A stretch of 46,030 nt of DNA from NCBI GenBank assembly GCA_039030315.1, contig JBCCEL010000003.1, positions 1-46,030 on the forward strand, given 5' to 3'. This document shows positions 9,352 to 19,534 of the stretch, piece after piece. Both the position numbers and the translations under genes were made by a program. This stretch comes from Pseudomonadota bacterium (GTDB lineage: Bacteria > Pseudomonadota > Alphaproteobacteria > Rhizobiales > CAJQND01). The notes beneath the pieces are model-generated. The model ran no database searches, had not been told where the DNA came from, and saw nothing but the letters and a program-made list of their open reading frames with translations. Position 1 is the first letter of the stretch. Each line of letters opens with the position of its first letter.

Positions 9352-9938
9352 CCGAGCTGGCTCTGACCGGCACTGTGGAACCGGAGCATCACGCGGTGTT
9401 TGCGCACAGGCTGGCCTCGCGGCAGTTCGCGCACCATTTCGGCTCCACCCGGCTGTTGCTCAGCCCCTGGACGATGTGGATCGCATTCGCCCTCGTCCTT
9501 GGGCTCGTCGGGCATCTGGCTTATGGAGCCGGCTCGAGCTGGTGGCACTACGGCCACCCACACCTCTACTTCGGTGACTGGGTGCTGCTGGGCCTGGGCA
9601 CGCTGTTCCTGGCGTCGTTTGCCAGAGGAGGACGAACTCCAAACCTGGAGACAGTCGTCGCCAAGGCGATCGGAGATCACTGCATAGCTGGTATTACGAC
9701 CGGAACCGTCGCCGTGCGGGCAAGCGAAGGGGGAATAGGCGTCGCGCATGACCTGCGCGAGACGCACTATGCCTGGACGTCGTTCCTGGAGGTGTTCGAG
9801 CTGAAGGGCTCGGTGTTCCTGCGTTCAACTGCGTCATCGGGCGTGATCATCCCGGACAATGCGTTCACCGGCGATGAGGATCGTGCAACATTGCTGGAAC
9901 TGGCGAAGCGCGGCATCCCCCAACCGGTGCCGGTCTGA
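9348..9938 (+). CDS. YcxB-family membrane protein
   Basis: Two TM helices then YAWTSFLEVFE...IIPDNAF; ATGA overlap with the previous gene. Confidence 0.65.
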   Translation: MTELALTGTVEPEHHAVFAHRLASRQFAHHFGSTRLLLSPWTMWIAFALVLGLVGHLAYGAGSSWWHYGHPHLYFGDWVLLGLGTLFLASFARGGRTPNLETVVAKAIGDHCIAGITTGTVAVRASEGGIGVAHDLRETHYAWTSFLEVFELKGSVFLRSTASSGVIIPDNAFTGDEDRATLLELAKRGIPQPVPV

Positions 9939-9944
9939 ATTAGG

Positions 9945-10655
9945 TCAGAAGTTCTCCACCCAGGGCCTCAGCTCAACTTCCCAGGTCCAGGCGGAACGGT
10001 CCTGCTTCAGGATGTGCATGTAGGTCTCGGCGATCGCGTCGGGTGAGAGCATGCTGTCCGGATTGTCCGCGCCGTCCATGCGTTCAGGACGCAGCGGATT
10101 GCGGATGCCGCCGTCGATAACGAAGTGGGCAACATGAATGCCCTGCGGACCGAGCTCGCGGGCCATGGATTGAGCCATGCCGCGCAGGGCGAACTTGCCC
10201 ATGGCGAATGGAGCGGACTTGGCATATCCCTTCACCGAAGCTGACGCGCCGGTCAGCAGGATGGCTCCGTGCTTGTTCGGCAGCATGCGCTTCACGGCCT
10301 CCTGCGCCACAAGGAAACCGCCATAGGCGGAGACCATGATGGCGGACTTCACGCCCTCCGCGGTTAGGTCTGCAAACGCGCCGCGCTCGCGGCCTGAAGC
10401 ATTGTAGAGCACGACGTCAGGCGTGCTGCCCTTCTGGTCGAGGGTGTCGTACAGGCTGCTCACCGCGGCAGGGTCAGTTGCATCGCAGGCATAGGCACGG
10501 GCGCCGGTCTGCGAGCATAGATCGGCAAGATCATCCGGCGAGCGCGACGCGAGTGAGACGCTCCAGCCTTCCGTAGCGCAGAGGCGGGCGAAGGACGCCG
10601 ACAGGCCCGGGCCCGCGCCGACAATCAGTGCACTCTTGTATTCCGGTCTTGCCAT
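9945..10655 (-). CDS. SDR family oxidoreductase
   Basis: GAGPGLS, YNAS, TGASAS, FAMGKFALRG, GIHVAHFVIDG, WTWEVELRP. Confidence 0.9.
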   Translation of the reverse strand: MARPEYKSALIVGAGPGLSASFARLCATEGWSVSLASRSPDDLADLCSQTGARAYACDATDPAAVSSLYDTLDQKGSTPDVVLYNASGRERGAFADLTAEGVKSAIMVSAYGGFLVAQEAVKRMLPNKHGAILLTGASASVKGYAKSAPFAMGKFALRGMAQSMARELGPQGIHVAHFVIDGGIRNPLRPERMDGADNPDSMLSPDAIAETYMHILKQDRSAWTWEVELRPWVENF

Positions 10656-10712
10656 CTCGCATCTCCCTTGATCTGTTTGGCGCGAAATCTAGCAGATGTG
10701 GAGCGGAACGCC

Positions 10713-11528
10713 ATGACAGTCTCAATCGAAAAGTCCGGACGGGTCTGGACCGTCATTCACAGCCGCCCGGAAGCGCGCAACGCCATGGATCCAGACAGCG
10801 CCGACGCGCTCAATGCGGCGTTCCTGGAGTTTGATGCGAGCGAGGGGGCGGACGTGGCGGTGCTCTACGGCGAAGGCGGCGCCTTCTGTGCCGGCTGGGA
10901 CCTGAAATACGCGGCCAGCCTTGAGAGTACTGAAGCGGTGCGCGAGATAGATTTTCCCGCCGACTTCAACGAAAGCGACAATGGCAGCGGCCTGCCGCGC
11001 GGCCCCCTCGGTCCGACACGACTGAGACTGTCCAAGCCGGTTATCGGCGCCGTGGCCGGGCCCGCGGTTGCCGGCGGCATGGAACTGGCGCTGTGGTGTG
11101 ACTGCCGGGTGATGGAGGAGAGCGCCTATCTCGGCGTTTACTGCCGGCGCTGGGGCATTCCGCTTCTGGACGGCGGCACGGTCCGGCTGCCCCGTCTTGT
11201 CGGTATGGGCAAGGCGCTGGAGATCGCCATGACCGGCCGCAAGGTGCCGGCGGAAGAATGCTACCGCATCGGCCTTTGCGAAAAGGTTGTCGCGAACGGA
11301 GCTGCCCGCGAGCAGGCCGAGGCGCTGGCGCACGAAATCGCGAGGTTCCCCCAGGCCTGCGTTCGCGCCGACCGGGCTTCGATCTACAACCAGTGGAACA
11401 AACCGCTCTGGCAGGCCATGCGCGAGGAATGGGAAGGCGGCATCGATGTCGTCAATCACGAAGGCATCGCCGGGGCAACACGGTTCAAGGACGGTGCCGG
11501 ACGGGGCGGTGATTTCAGAAACATCTGA
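10713..11528 (+). CDS. Crotonase/enoyl-CoA hydratase family protein
   Basis: RPEARNA, FCAGWDL, AVAGGMELALWCD, RRWGIPLLDGG. Confidence 0.92.
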   Translation: MTVSIEKSGRVWTVIHSRPEARNAMDPDSADALNAAFLEFDASEGADVAVLYGEGGAFCAGWDLKYAASLESTEAVREIDFPADFNESDNGSGLPRGPLGPTRLRLSKPVIGAVAGPAVAGGMELALWCDCRVMEESAYLGVYCRRWGIPLLDGGTVRLPRLVGMGKALEIAMTGRKVPAEECYRIGLCEKVVANGAAREQAEALAHEIARFPQACVRADRASIYNQWNKPLWQAMREEWEGGIDVVNHEGIAGATRFKDGAGRGGDFRNI

Positions 11529-11834
11529 GCGGACAGCACTGCCATTTGTTGAGGATTGTCGTTTCGGCACCTGCCGGTACGCGCGCTCGCGCTCCTGAAG
11601 AGATGGTGGCATCGAAGATTTGAATCTATCCATCTAGATAAGTATTTTATAAATAGAAGGCCTCCTTTTTTGAATTAAATTTATGAATACACTTCTGAAT
11701 TTCTGGCAAAAAAATACTTAAACCAATAAATTAGTCTGGAGGAACCAGCCTGCAGGCAGCGGCATCTGGACAGTGCTGGACAGCTTGCTTAGGATAGCCG
11801 TCGTAAAGAGCGAGGTGACTGGAGAGGATATCCG

Positions 11835-14777
11835 ATGCAGTGGCGGAACGCGCTCCGACAACGAAAGCTGGCGGCCCTGGTTCTTCTGGTGGCAGCGGCT
11901 ACGCAACTCATCAGCGCCGGTCATGCGCAGAACAAGGTGCCCCACGCACCGATCGCGCGGCCGGAGCCGGGCAAGCATCTTGCGCCCATAAAATCCGTCG
12001 CACGCGACCGCGCCGGGCGCTGGTTGGTATCGGGTTCCGCCGACAAGACCGCGCGGTTGTGGGACCTGGCAACGGGCAAGCTGCTGCGCACGACTTTCCT
12101 TCCCCAGGACCTGGGCAACGTTGGCTCGGTCCATTCGGTCACAATGGCGCCGGACGGCAGCTGGTATGCCGCCGGAGGCATCACGGGCTTCGGCAGAGCC
12201 GGAGAGATATATGTCTTCGAGAGGCGGACTGGCGCCTTGAAGACCACGATAAGTGTACCAGAGACGACCTTCAGCATGGTCGTGTCCCAGGATGGCAAGC
12301 GGCTCGCAGCTGCGGGCTACTATGGAGTGAAACTGTTCCGGACAAGCGACTTTTCGCTCATCGCTGAAGACTCCGACTACAATGGGCCAGTCTACTCCGT
12401 CGATCTGGCTGCGGACGGACGGATGGTTACCACCGAAGAGTTTGGTGCGCTTCGCCTTTACCGTAAAGATCTTGAGCTGGTCGCCAAGACAAAAAAACTC
12501 TCTGCGAATGACCCCTTCTCCGTGAAGTTCTCTCCCGATGGTAAGGAAATCGGAGTTGGATATTACGACAACACATCCCTGGATATTGTTTCGGGGCAGG
12601 ATCTCAAGCTTGTTCATAAGATCGACACCACCGGGATGGACAACGGCGATCTCAATTCGGTGAGCTGGACCGCGGATGGCCGGTTTTGCGGCGCAGGCTC
12701 GTATGACGATGTAAACCACCAAAACCCGGTTATCTGCTGGTCCGATCGGGGACGTGGTCCAAGAAAGAAGTTTCTCCACACCAACATTACCGACACGCCG
12801 TCTGATTTTATCGACCTTGGGGACGGCGGTCTGGCGATAGGCAGCGCCGATCCTGTGTTGATGCGCATAAACGCCAGGAATCAGGTCGTATGGAGCCATC
12901 GTACCGAGATCGCCGACTTTCGTGGACAGAGGTCGCACGGTGGCCTGCCCATGCGGCTATCGAAAAGCGGGACACTCGTAGAGTTTGGCTGGAAGCAATG
13001 GGGCAAGCCCCGTGTTGTCTTCGACCCTATTGAAGGCCGCCTGGCGTTCCGCCCTCAGAGCAGCAGTACAACCGACCTCGAAGCGGCGAAGGAGACTGCG
13101 CCAGAACTGAGTCTCACCGGCTGGCGGAACGGTTTGAGCCCAAAGCTTGATGGTAAGCCATTGAAGCTGAGAGCTCAGGAGAGGTCCCGCTCGATCGCAA
13201 TAGCGCCGGATGAGCAGTCGTTTCTGTTAGGTGCTGACTGGTCGCTCCAGTCATTCGACCGTACCGGTGAGAGGCAGTGGACTCTGCGGTCTTCTGCGGC
13301 AGCCTGGTCAACCTCGATATCGGGAGACGGACGGCTTGCCGTGGCGGGTTTTGGGGACGGCACCCTGCGCTGGTACCGGATGAAGGACGGTCAGGAGCTG
13401 CTCAGGGCGTTCTTCCAGGCTGATGGCCGCTGGGCGGCCTGGACGCCGGAAGGCTTCTTTTCCGCTTCGCCAGGCAGCGAGGACCTCATCGGCTATGTGG
13501 TCAACCGGAGCAGTGGCCGCATGCCGGAGTTCGTCTGGGCAACGCAGCTCCGGAACCACTATTACCGCCCGGACCTGGTCGCGGCCAAGCTCGCCGGCAA
13601 CGAAGATCAGATCCGCGAAGCGCTGGCCAAGGTGGGCGATGTCAGGAATCTCCTGTCCAACATCAACACGCCGAAAATCGAGCAGATCGGTCCGGAACGC
13701 GTCACGATCAAGGACACCGAGTATGTGCACAAGGTCCGGGTTGATGAGAAGGACGCCGGCAACGTCGTCGTCCGCTACCGGATAAACGGCCGCGAAGTCC
13801 GTTCGGCCGGCGATCGCGCCTTGAAAGACGGCCGCCCGGGCGTCGTCTTTGAGAAGCCGCTGACGCTTGATGAAGGCTGTTCGCGTGTTGAAGCCAGGGC
13901 TGAGCGGCTTGACGGTTCCCTGGCATCGGAAACCATCGATCAGGAAATCTGCGTTGACGTCACCGAGCGGCAAAGGCCGCGCCTCTTCGCGCTGTTTATC
14001 GGCATCAGCGACTACTATGACGGCGCGCTCGCGCTAAAGCATGCGGCCAGCGATGCCGAGCGCTTCCGCGATGCGCTGAAAACCCGCGCCGTAAAGTCCT
14101 TCGGCGCACAATCGCTGTATGAAGAAATTCGCTTCACCCTGCTGTCGGACAGCGAGGCGCGCAAAAAGGATGTTGTTAAGGCGTTTGAGCGTCTCGCCAG
14201 GGAGGTCAAGCCGCACGACACGTTCATCGTCTACTTCGCAGGCCATGGCTTCGCCACGGACGGGCGCTACCACTTCGTGCCTCAGGACGCGGCCTTTTCC
14301 AATCGTGACGCGCTGGTCAAAGCGAGCCTCAGCGAGGAGGAACTGATCGACCTGATCGGCCAGATCAACACATCCCGCAGCTTGATCCTGCTCGACACCT
14401 GTTACGGCGGCGCTTTCGAAGGCATTGGTGAAACCCAGATAGCAGGGCTGACGCGCGGGATGGAACGCAAGGCCGCGATCGACCGCTTCATGCGGCAGTC
14501 CGGCCGGGCGGTTCTCGCCGCTTCCACCGATGTCCAGACGGCGCTTGAGGGCTACGAGCACAACGGCAAGAAGTACGGCCTCTTCACTTGGGTGTTGCTT
14601 CAGGGACTGGCCAAGGCCGACCAGGAAACCGGCGACCGGAACGGCCTTATCGGCGCCAGCGACCTTTACAGCTACCTCAAGAAACACGTGCCGGAAATCA
14701 GCAAGCGCTATTTCGGGCGCCGGCAGATTCCCATGGGCCGTGTGGAAGGCAGTGTCGAATTCGCCGTTGCGGACTGA
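11835..14777 (+). CDS. Exported WD40-repeat protein with C-terminal caspase-like (peptidase C14) domain
   Basis: Signal peptide; WD40 SGSADKTARLWD; WAAWTPEGFF linker; LFIGISDY, YFAGHG and LLDTCYGG (His/Cys dyad), YGLFTWVLLQGL. Confidence 0.88.
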   Translation: MQWRNALRQRKLAALVLLVAAATQLISAGHAQNKVPHAPIARPEPGKHLAPIKSVARDRAGRWLVSGSADKTARLWDLATGKLLRTTFLPQDLGNVGSVHSVTMAPDGSWYAAGGITGFGRAGEIYVFERRTGALKTTISVPETTFSMVVSQDGKRLAAAGYYGVKLFRTSDFSLIAEDSDYNGPVYSVDLAADGRMVTTEEFGALRLYRKDLELVAKTKKLSANDPFSVKFSPDGKEIGVGYYDNTSLDIVSGQDLKLVHKIDTTGMDNGDLNSVSWTADGRFCGAGSYDDVNHQNPVICWSDRGRGPRKKFLHTNITDTPSDFIDLGDGGLAIGSADPVLMRINARNQVVWSHRTEIADFRGQRSHGGLPMRLSKSGTLVEFGWKQWGKPRVVFDPIEGRLAFRPQSSSTTDLEAAKETAPELSLTGWRNGLSPKLDGKPLKLRAQERSRSIAIAPDEQSFLLGADWSLQSFDRTGERQWTLRSSAAAWSTSISGDGRLAVAGFGDGTLRWYRMKDGQELLRAFFQADGRWAAWTPEGFFSASPGSEDLIGYVVNRSSGRMPEFVWATQLRNHYYRPDLVAAKLAGNEDQIREALAKVGDVRNLLSNINTPKIEQIGPERVTIKDTEYVHKVRVDEKDAGNVVVRYRINGREVRSAGDRALKDGRPGVVFEKPLTLDEGCSRVEARAERLDGSLASETIDQEICVDVTERQRPRLFALFIGISDYYDGALALKHAASDAERFRDALKTRAVKSFGAQSLYEEIRFTLLSDSEARKKDVVKAFERLAREVKPHDTFIVYFAGHGFATDGRYHFVPQDAAFSNRDALVKASLSEEELIDLIGQINTSRSLILLDTCYGGAFEGIGETQIAGLTRGMERKAAIDRFMRQSGRAVLAASTDVQTALEGYEHNGKKYGLFTWVLLQGLAKADQETGDRNGLIGASDLYSYLKKHVPEISKRYFGRRQIPMGRVEGSVEFAVAD

Positions 14778-14782
14778 GTACA

Positions 14783-16042
14783 GTGGCACGACTGGAAGAA
14801 GAACAGCTCGAGCAAATCGCGAGAATTGTCGACCTTGTGCTTCAAAGGCGCGAGGAAGAGCAGAGCGCGCAGAAGTCGCGGACCAACCGCATGTTCGATC
14901 TGATGCTGGAACATTGGGGGGCGACGACCGTTGTCTTCGCACTGGCGGCGCTGCTGGCCGCCAGCTTGTTCTACGGCGCCTCGCCGTTCTTCTATGTCAA
15001 GAAACTGGCAATCGAGGACGCAGAGGTGTCCGCCAAGCAGGAAAAGCACGCGTACGAGGCAAACCTTGCGCGCCGGTATCATCAGCTCGGCCTGCGCCTC
15101 CTGGACCAGGGCCTGTGGACCGCTGCGGATCTTGAGTTCAAGCGGGCCGAACAGCTGGACCCAAACAACCTGCAGATCGCCCTGGCCCGCCGCAATGTGG
15201 CAATCTTCAAGGAGGTTCCGGCAGACGAGTACGATCCGGCACTCGTGGAATTGCGCCTCTTGCATTTCTTCAACGACCGTAGCGAGGAGGAAGCAGACAA
15301 GCCGCCATTGATCAGCGACCCCCATGCCCTGGCGCGGCTGGGTGATATCTACAGGCTCAATCAGGACGCCCGGAAGGCGCGGGCGCGATATGAAAGCGCA
15401 CTCAGAAAGCGCCCGCAGCTCGCACACGCCCATGCCGGACTTGCGCAGTTGAGCCTGGACCAGAAGGATTACCCCGGCGCCTTCAGGCACTATGAAAAGG
15501 CGCTCGAACTGTCGCCGTCCAACTCGGTCTATCTGGCCAACCTCGGCTCTGCATTCCTGGAAAGCGGCGATGCCGGCAAGGCCATTCCGGTGCTGCGCAG
15601 GGCGATCGCCCTGGATCCGAACCTCCTGGTCCCCTATCTCGATCTTGCGCGCGCTTTTCGCCACAAGCGCGATCACCGCCAGTCCTGGCGGATCATGAAG
15701 TACCTGCTGTCGTCCTTCGACCAGGCCGCACTGTTCAAACCTGAGGGCAAGAACGCGAGACTTTGGGTATTCGCGATCGGCGACAGACAGTTTTTGCTCG
15801 CAACAACCGCCGCCAAAACCGCCTATATCCATGCCTCGTCGGCATTATCGGCCCATCTTGCAGGCCGGCGGAATGCGGCAGAGGAAGTTGCCGGGAGAAT
15901 TTCCTGGGCGCCCGGCCATGAGTTTGATGTTCGCAGTGCCGTGGAAGCCGAGGCATTGCAGCTGCTGAAGGGGCAGCCGGAACATGAAGAACGCATCAGA
16001 GCATTCTTCAAGCTGCCCACCTACGCAAGGGCGCAACGCTGA
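14783..16042 (+). CDS. Membrane-anchored TPR protein
   Basis: GTG 5 nt after the caspase stop; one TM segment; TPRs (YEKALELSPSN, LRRAIALDPN). Confidence 0.8.
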   Translation: MARLEEEQLEQIARIVDLVLQRREEEQSAQKSRTNRMFDLMLEHWGATTVVFALAALLAASLFYGASPFFYVKKLAIEDAEVSAKQEKHAYEANLARRYHQLGLRLLDQGLWTAADLEFKRAEQLDPNNLQIALARRNVAIFKEVPADEYDPALVELRLLHFFNDRSEEEADKPPLISDPHALARLGDIYRLNQDARKARARYESALRKRPQLAHAHAGLAQLSLDQKDYPGAFRHYEKALELSPSNSVYLANLGSAFLESGDAGKAIPVLRRAIALDPNLLVPYLDLARAFRHKRDHRQSWRIMKYLLSSFDQAALFKPEGKNARLWVFAIGDRQFLLATTAAKTAYIHASSALSAHLAGRRNAAEEVAGRISWAPGHEFDVRSAVEAEALQLLKGQPEHEERIRAFFKLPTYARAQR

Positions 16043-16061
16043 CGCGCCACTGCCTCCGGTT

Positions 16062-17309
16062 TCACCACCCCTCCCCTGATGCCAGCGCAAGGCCATCGAC
16101 CACAGCGGTAAAGGCTTCGCTGCGTTGCACCTGGGCCTGGCGGCAGACCGTCCGGACCGCCGTTACGACAATTTCCATGAGGCTTGAGCCGCCAACCAGA
16201 ATGGCGGTGCGGATGTCCTCCGGCCGGGTCCCCGCACGGACCAGGGTTTCGGACATCGCTTCCTGCAACCGGTCCCCGAAGGGTGCGAGCGATCCGGAGA
16301 AAGCCGCAGGCGTGGTGGGTGCATGGAGGCCGGCCTCGATGATACTCAGGTCGATGCCATCCCCCGCACCATGTGCATTGGCCGCAATCTTGCCGGCCTC
16401 CACCGCGAAGGCGAGTTCGTGGCCGAGACGGTCGGCGATCACACGCTCAAGGCGCCGGATCTTGTCCGGCTCCAGGGCGAAGCGCAGCATGTCCTTCAGC
16501 TTGCGCTCGGTTTCGGCGGTATAGAGAAACGGGATCTCCGCCCAGGTGGCCAACTCCTGGTAGAGCGCGTTGGGAACCGGAAGAAGCCCTGCGCCGAAAG
16601 CCCGCCGCATCTTTCCGCCAAGCCCCATCAAAGGCATGACGTGGTCGAGCGAGATCTTCCGGTCGAAGTCCGTGCCGCCAAGGCGGATACCGTGGCTGGC
16701 GAGGATGTCCACGCTGCAGCCGGCAGCGCGGAAAACGGAGAAGTCCGAGGTGCCGCCACCGATGTCCACGATCAGTCCGGCCTCTCCTTTCGCGCTGAGC
16801 CCCGAGCAGGCCCGCGCGGCGGCTTCAGGCTCATACAGGAAACGGACTTCCTCGAACCCGGCGGCAAGGTAGCAGGCTCTGAGATCGTCTTCCGCCTTTC
16901 CGTCCCTGTCGTTGTCGCGGGAGTGAAAGTGAACCGGGCGGCCGGAGAGCACGCGCGTGAAACTGGTTGCGGTTTCCGCCTCGGCCCGCACTTTCAGCGT
17001 CGAGAGAAAGCCCGTGACGATCTCCGCCAGGGTCCGGCGCCTGCCTCCGATTGGCCGGCTCTCGTGAAACAGCGGAGTGCCGAGAATGCTCTTCAGCGCT
17101 CTCATGTAGCGCCCCTCCTCCCCCTCGATCAGCGCATCGTTCGCAGCGCTCCCGATACACATCGGGCCACCGTCGGAGGGAAAGAACACCGAGGTCGGCA
17201 GCGTGTCGGCCCCGGGCTCGATGCCCAGGCGACGTGGCACTCCGCCGTCGAGAACCGCTGCGGCAGAATTGGACGTGCCGAAGTCAACCGCAAGCACTGG
17301 CGCGGACAT
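16062..17309 (-). CDS. Hsp70-family protein (YegD-like)
   Basis: VDFGTSNS, SGRPVHFH, YEPEAAA, DIGGGTSDF, GGTDFD, VGGSS. Confidence 0.9.
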   Translation of the reverse strand: MSAPVLAVDFGTSNSAAAVLDGGVPRRLGIEPGADTLPTSVFFPSDGGPMCIGSAANDALIEGEEGRYMRALKSILGTPLFHESRPIGGRRRTLAEIVTGFLSTLKVRAEAETATSFTRVLSGRPVHFHSRDNDRDGKAEDDLRACYLAAGFEEVRFLYEPEAAARACSGLSAKGEAGLIVDIGGGTSDFSVFRAAGCSVDILASHGIRLGGTDFDRKISLDHVMPLMGLGGKMRRAFGAGLLPVPNALYQELATWAEIPFLYTAETERKLKDMLRFALEPDKIRRLERVIADRLGHELAFAVEAGKIAANAHGAGDGIDLSIIEAGLHAPTTPAAFSGSLAPFGDRLQEAMSETLVRAGTRPEDIRTAILVGGSSLMEIVVTAVRTVCRQAQVQRSEAFTAVVDGLALASGEGW

Positions 17310-17502
17310 GGATAGGCTCTCCGTCGGAAGGGGCCGGTGCGGTACAGGAAAACCGCCCGCCGGGCAAGGGCAGCCGGTCACGTTCGACAGGGCTGAGAAG
17401 GAAAACGGACGGGGAGCCGCAGCAAAGCGCCAAACCCGGCCAATCCGATCATCATCTGCCCGCCCCGAGCCCTTGTGCGCGCTCGGCTATCCGGCAACAG
17501 TT

Positions 17503-17529
17503 TTCCGCTTCGCGCTAGAAGCGGTCATT
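17503..17529 (+). repeat. Short palindromic repeat unit, outer left flank of the EPS island
   Basis: TTCCGCTTC-GCGCTA-GAAGCGGTCATT hairpin; related unit in opposite orientation at 37752-37775. Confidence 0.5.
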
Positions 17530-17589
17530 GGCGAAACGGTGAGTTTGGGGGTTTCAACGGAAGCCCTGATGAACCTTCGAACGGGGACT

Positions 17590-17608
17590 AAGTGCCAACA
17601 GCGGACAT
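17590..17608 (+). repeat. 19-bp inverted repeat, left copy
   Basis: AAGTGCCAACAGCGGACAT, exact reverse complement of 37714-37732. Confidence 0.85.
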
Positions 17609-17683
17609 CGAATTTGTCCTGTTGGGCTGAGGATCGCTGGCTTGAATGCGGACAAGCCACTCAAGCTTGCCCGCACCCGGCGT

Positions 17684-19498
17684 TTAGATGATCAAGGTGT
17701 CGGCGTCGAAGTATCCTTCGGCAGTCACGTCGAACACATCCTGCAGAACGACCACGTCCGTGAACGGGTTTCCATCCTGACCAAGATTGACCGAAACCGT
17801 TGTGCCACGGTCTCCCTGCGTGAACATCACCAGTTGATCCAGCTCCAGGGAACTGTCCAGCCCAAGTCCTGAGAAGTCCAGGACATCGGCGGTGCCGAAG
17901 TCCGCGATCCTGTCTGTCGACACTGCGCCCAGCTCGTTCAGGACATCGTCGGAGGCCCAGACGAACGTGTCGGCGCCGAGACCGCCGAACATCTTGTCGT
18001 TGCCGAAACCGCCGGAGATGATGTCGTTGCCCGTGCCGGCCGACAGGTAGTCATTGCCGAGACCGCCTGAAAGGACGTCATTGCCGGAACCGCCATAAAC
18101 ACGGTCGTTGTGCTCGCCGCCATGGACGATGTCATCGCCGGAACCGCCGACGACGCGATCCTGGCCGCTGCCGCCATACAGCTCGTCATTGCCGGAGTGA
18201 CCGTTCAGCGTATCGGCTCCGGATTCGCCGTCAATACGATCATTGCCGCTATTGCCGTTGAGCACGTCGTCGCCGCTCCCGCCGGTGAGAACGTCATCGC
18301 CGGAATTGCCGCTGAGCTCGTCATTACCGGAGCCGCCGCTCAAGGTATCCGCCCCTGAGCCCGCGGAGATGACGTCATCCCCGCCATCGCCGTGCAACTC
18401 GTCGTCGCCTGAGCCGCCGGTGATGGTGTCTGCGCCATCGCCTCCGGAGGCATAGTCGTGGCCGGAGTTGCCGGTGATGATGTCATTGCCTGAGTTTCCG
18501 GAGATCCGGTCATCACCGGAGTTCCCGGCCAGCGTGTCGTTGCCGTCGCCGCCCTGGATGATGTCATCTCCGCTGATCCCGTGGATTTCATCATCGCCGA
18601 TGCCGCCGTAGAGGATGTCGTCATCCGGCAGATTGCCGGTTCCATTGCTCTGCGGAAGAAGGGCGACCGTGTTCTGCTGGCCGATCTCGACCCGGATGAT
18701 GGTGTCGTCGTAGTCATTGTCGCCACCGCCATAGAGATCCTCGAAACCGATCAGCAGTTCGCCGGTGACGGTGCTGGCGCGGGACACCACGTGGGAGTAC
18801 TGGTCCGGGTTCGGGGCGTAATTGTCGTCGGCGGAGGCCTGGGAGTGGAAGATGCCGTAACCGTACTGGCTGCGGATATGCACTTCCTCGTTCGGACCAT
18901 CTCCGACCCACCACAGTTCGACCAATTGATCGCCGATGTTCCCGGGCTGCCCATCGGGCGTACGGAACTCGTAGTGGCCGGTATCGGCCGAAAGTGCTTC
19001 CCGGTTGAGATACCCTTTGCCATAGCCGTTCGAGACCACGAAAAACCCGAGCTGGGTCCCGTCGGCCACATCGAACGACGTCTGGCTCTGGTTCGGCACC
19101 AGATCGCCGCCGCTGCCGGCCTTTGACGCATTGGGGAACAGGATCTTGACATTACCAATGTTTCCGTCGGCAGAAATCTCGTAAACGCCGAGAGCGTTGC
19201 GGAAACCTGCGCCTTCATCGACGAAGGTGACCTTCGCCGTTGTCGCCTGCTGGATCACCAGTTCAGACATGTCGATATAGGCCGGCTTGCCGTTGCCATA
19301 GATGATGTCGTCGCCGCCCTGGCCGTAGATGAGGTCGTTGCCGGCGCCGCCATAGACCTCATCGTTGCCGCTGAGGGCGATGATCGTATCGTCGCCGCCG
19401 TAGCCGGCAAGGACTTCGGATCGTCCTGTGCCCCGCAGGCTGTCGTCCCCGCCTGTCCCGAGGACAGGCGAGATATTCCATTGCGTATCCACGCTCAT
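17684..19498 (-). CDS. RTX Ca2+-binding repeat protein with DUF4114-like domain (probable type I secretion substrate)
   Basis: Many GGxGxDxLx nonapeptides; TFVDEGAGFRNALGVY...GFEDLYGGGDNDYDD; C-terminal ADTFVW...DRIADF...DVLDFS; no Sec signal. Confidence 0.85.
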   Translation of the reverse strand: MSVDTQWNISPVLGTGGDDSLRGTGRSEVLAGYGGDDTIIALSGNDEVYGGAGNDLIYGQGGDDIIYGNGKPAYIDMSELVIQQATTAKVTFVDEGAGFRNALGVYEISADGNIGNVKILFPNASKAGSGGDLVPNQSQTSFDVADGTQLGFFVVSNGYGKGYLNREALSADTGHYEFRTPDGQPGNIGDQLVELWWVGDGPNEEVHIRSQYGYGIFHSQASADDNYAPNPDQYSHVVSRASTVTGELLIGFEDLYGGGDNDYDDTIIRVEIGQQNTVALLPQSNGTGNLPDDDILYGGIGDDEIHGISGDDIIQGGDGNDTLAGNSGDDRISGNSGNDIITGNSGHDYASGGDGADTITGGSGDDELHGDGGDDVISAGSGADTLSGGSGNDELSGNSGDDVLTGGSGDDVLNGNSGNDRIDGESGADTLNGHSGNDELYGGSGQDRVVGGSGDDIVHGGEHNDRVYGGSGNDVLSGGLGNDYLSAGTGNDIISGGFGNDKMFGGLGADTFVWASDDVLNELGAVSTDRIADFGTADVLDFSGLGLDSSLELDQLVMFTQGDRGTTVSVNLGQDGNPFTDVVVLQDVFDVTAEGYFDADTLII

Positions 19499-19534
19499 GG
19501 GAAATTCCTTCTTGGAGTTCGAGTTGGAGTGGAG

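Noticed and set aside
17960-18620. Periodic ~27-bp repeats resembling an array
   Set aside because: They encode RTX nonapeptides in frame; not CRISPR
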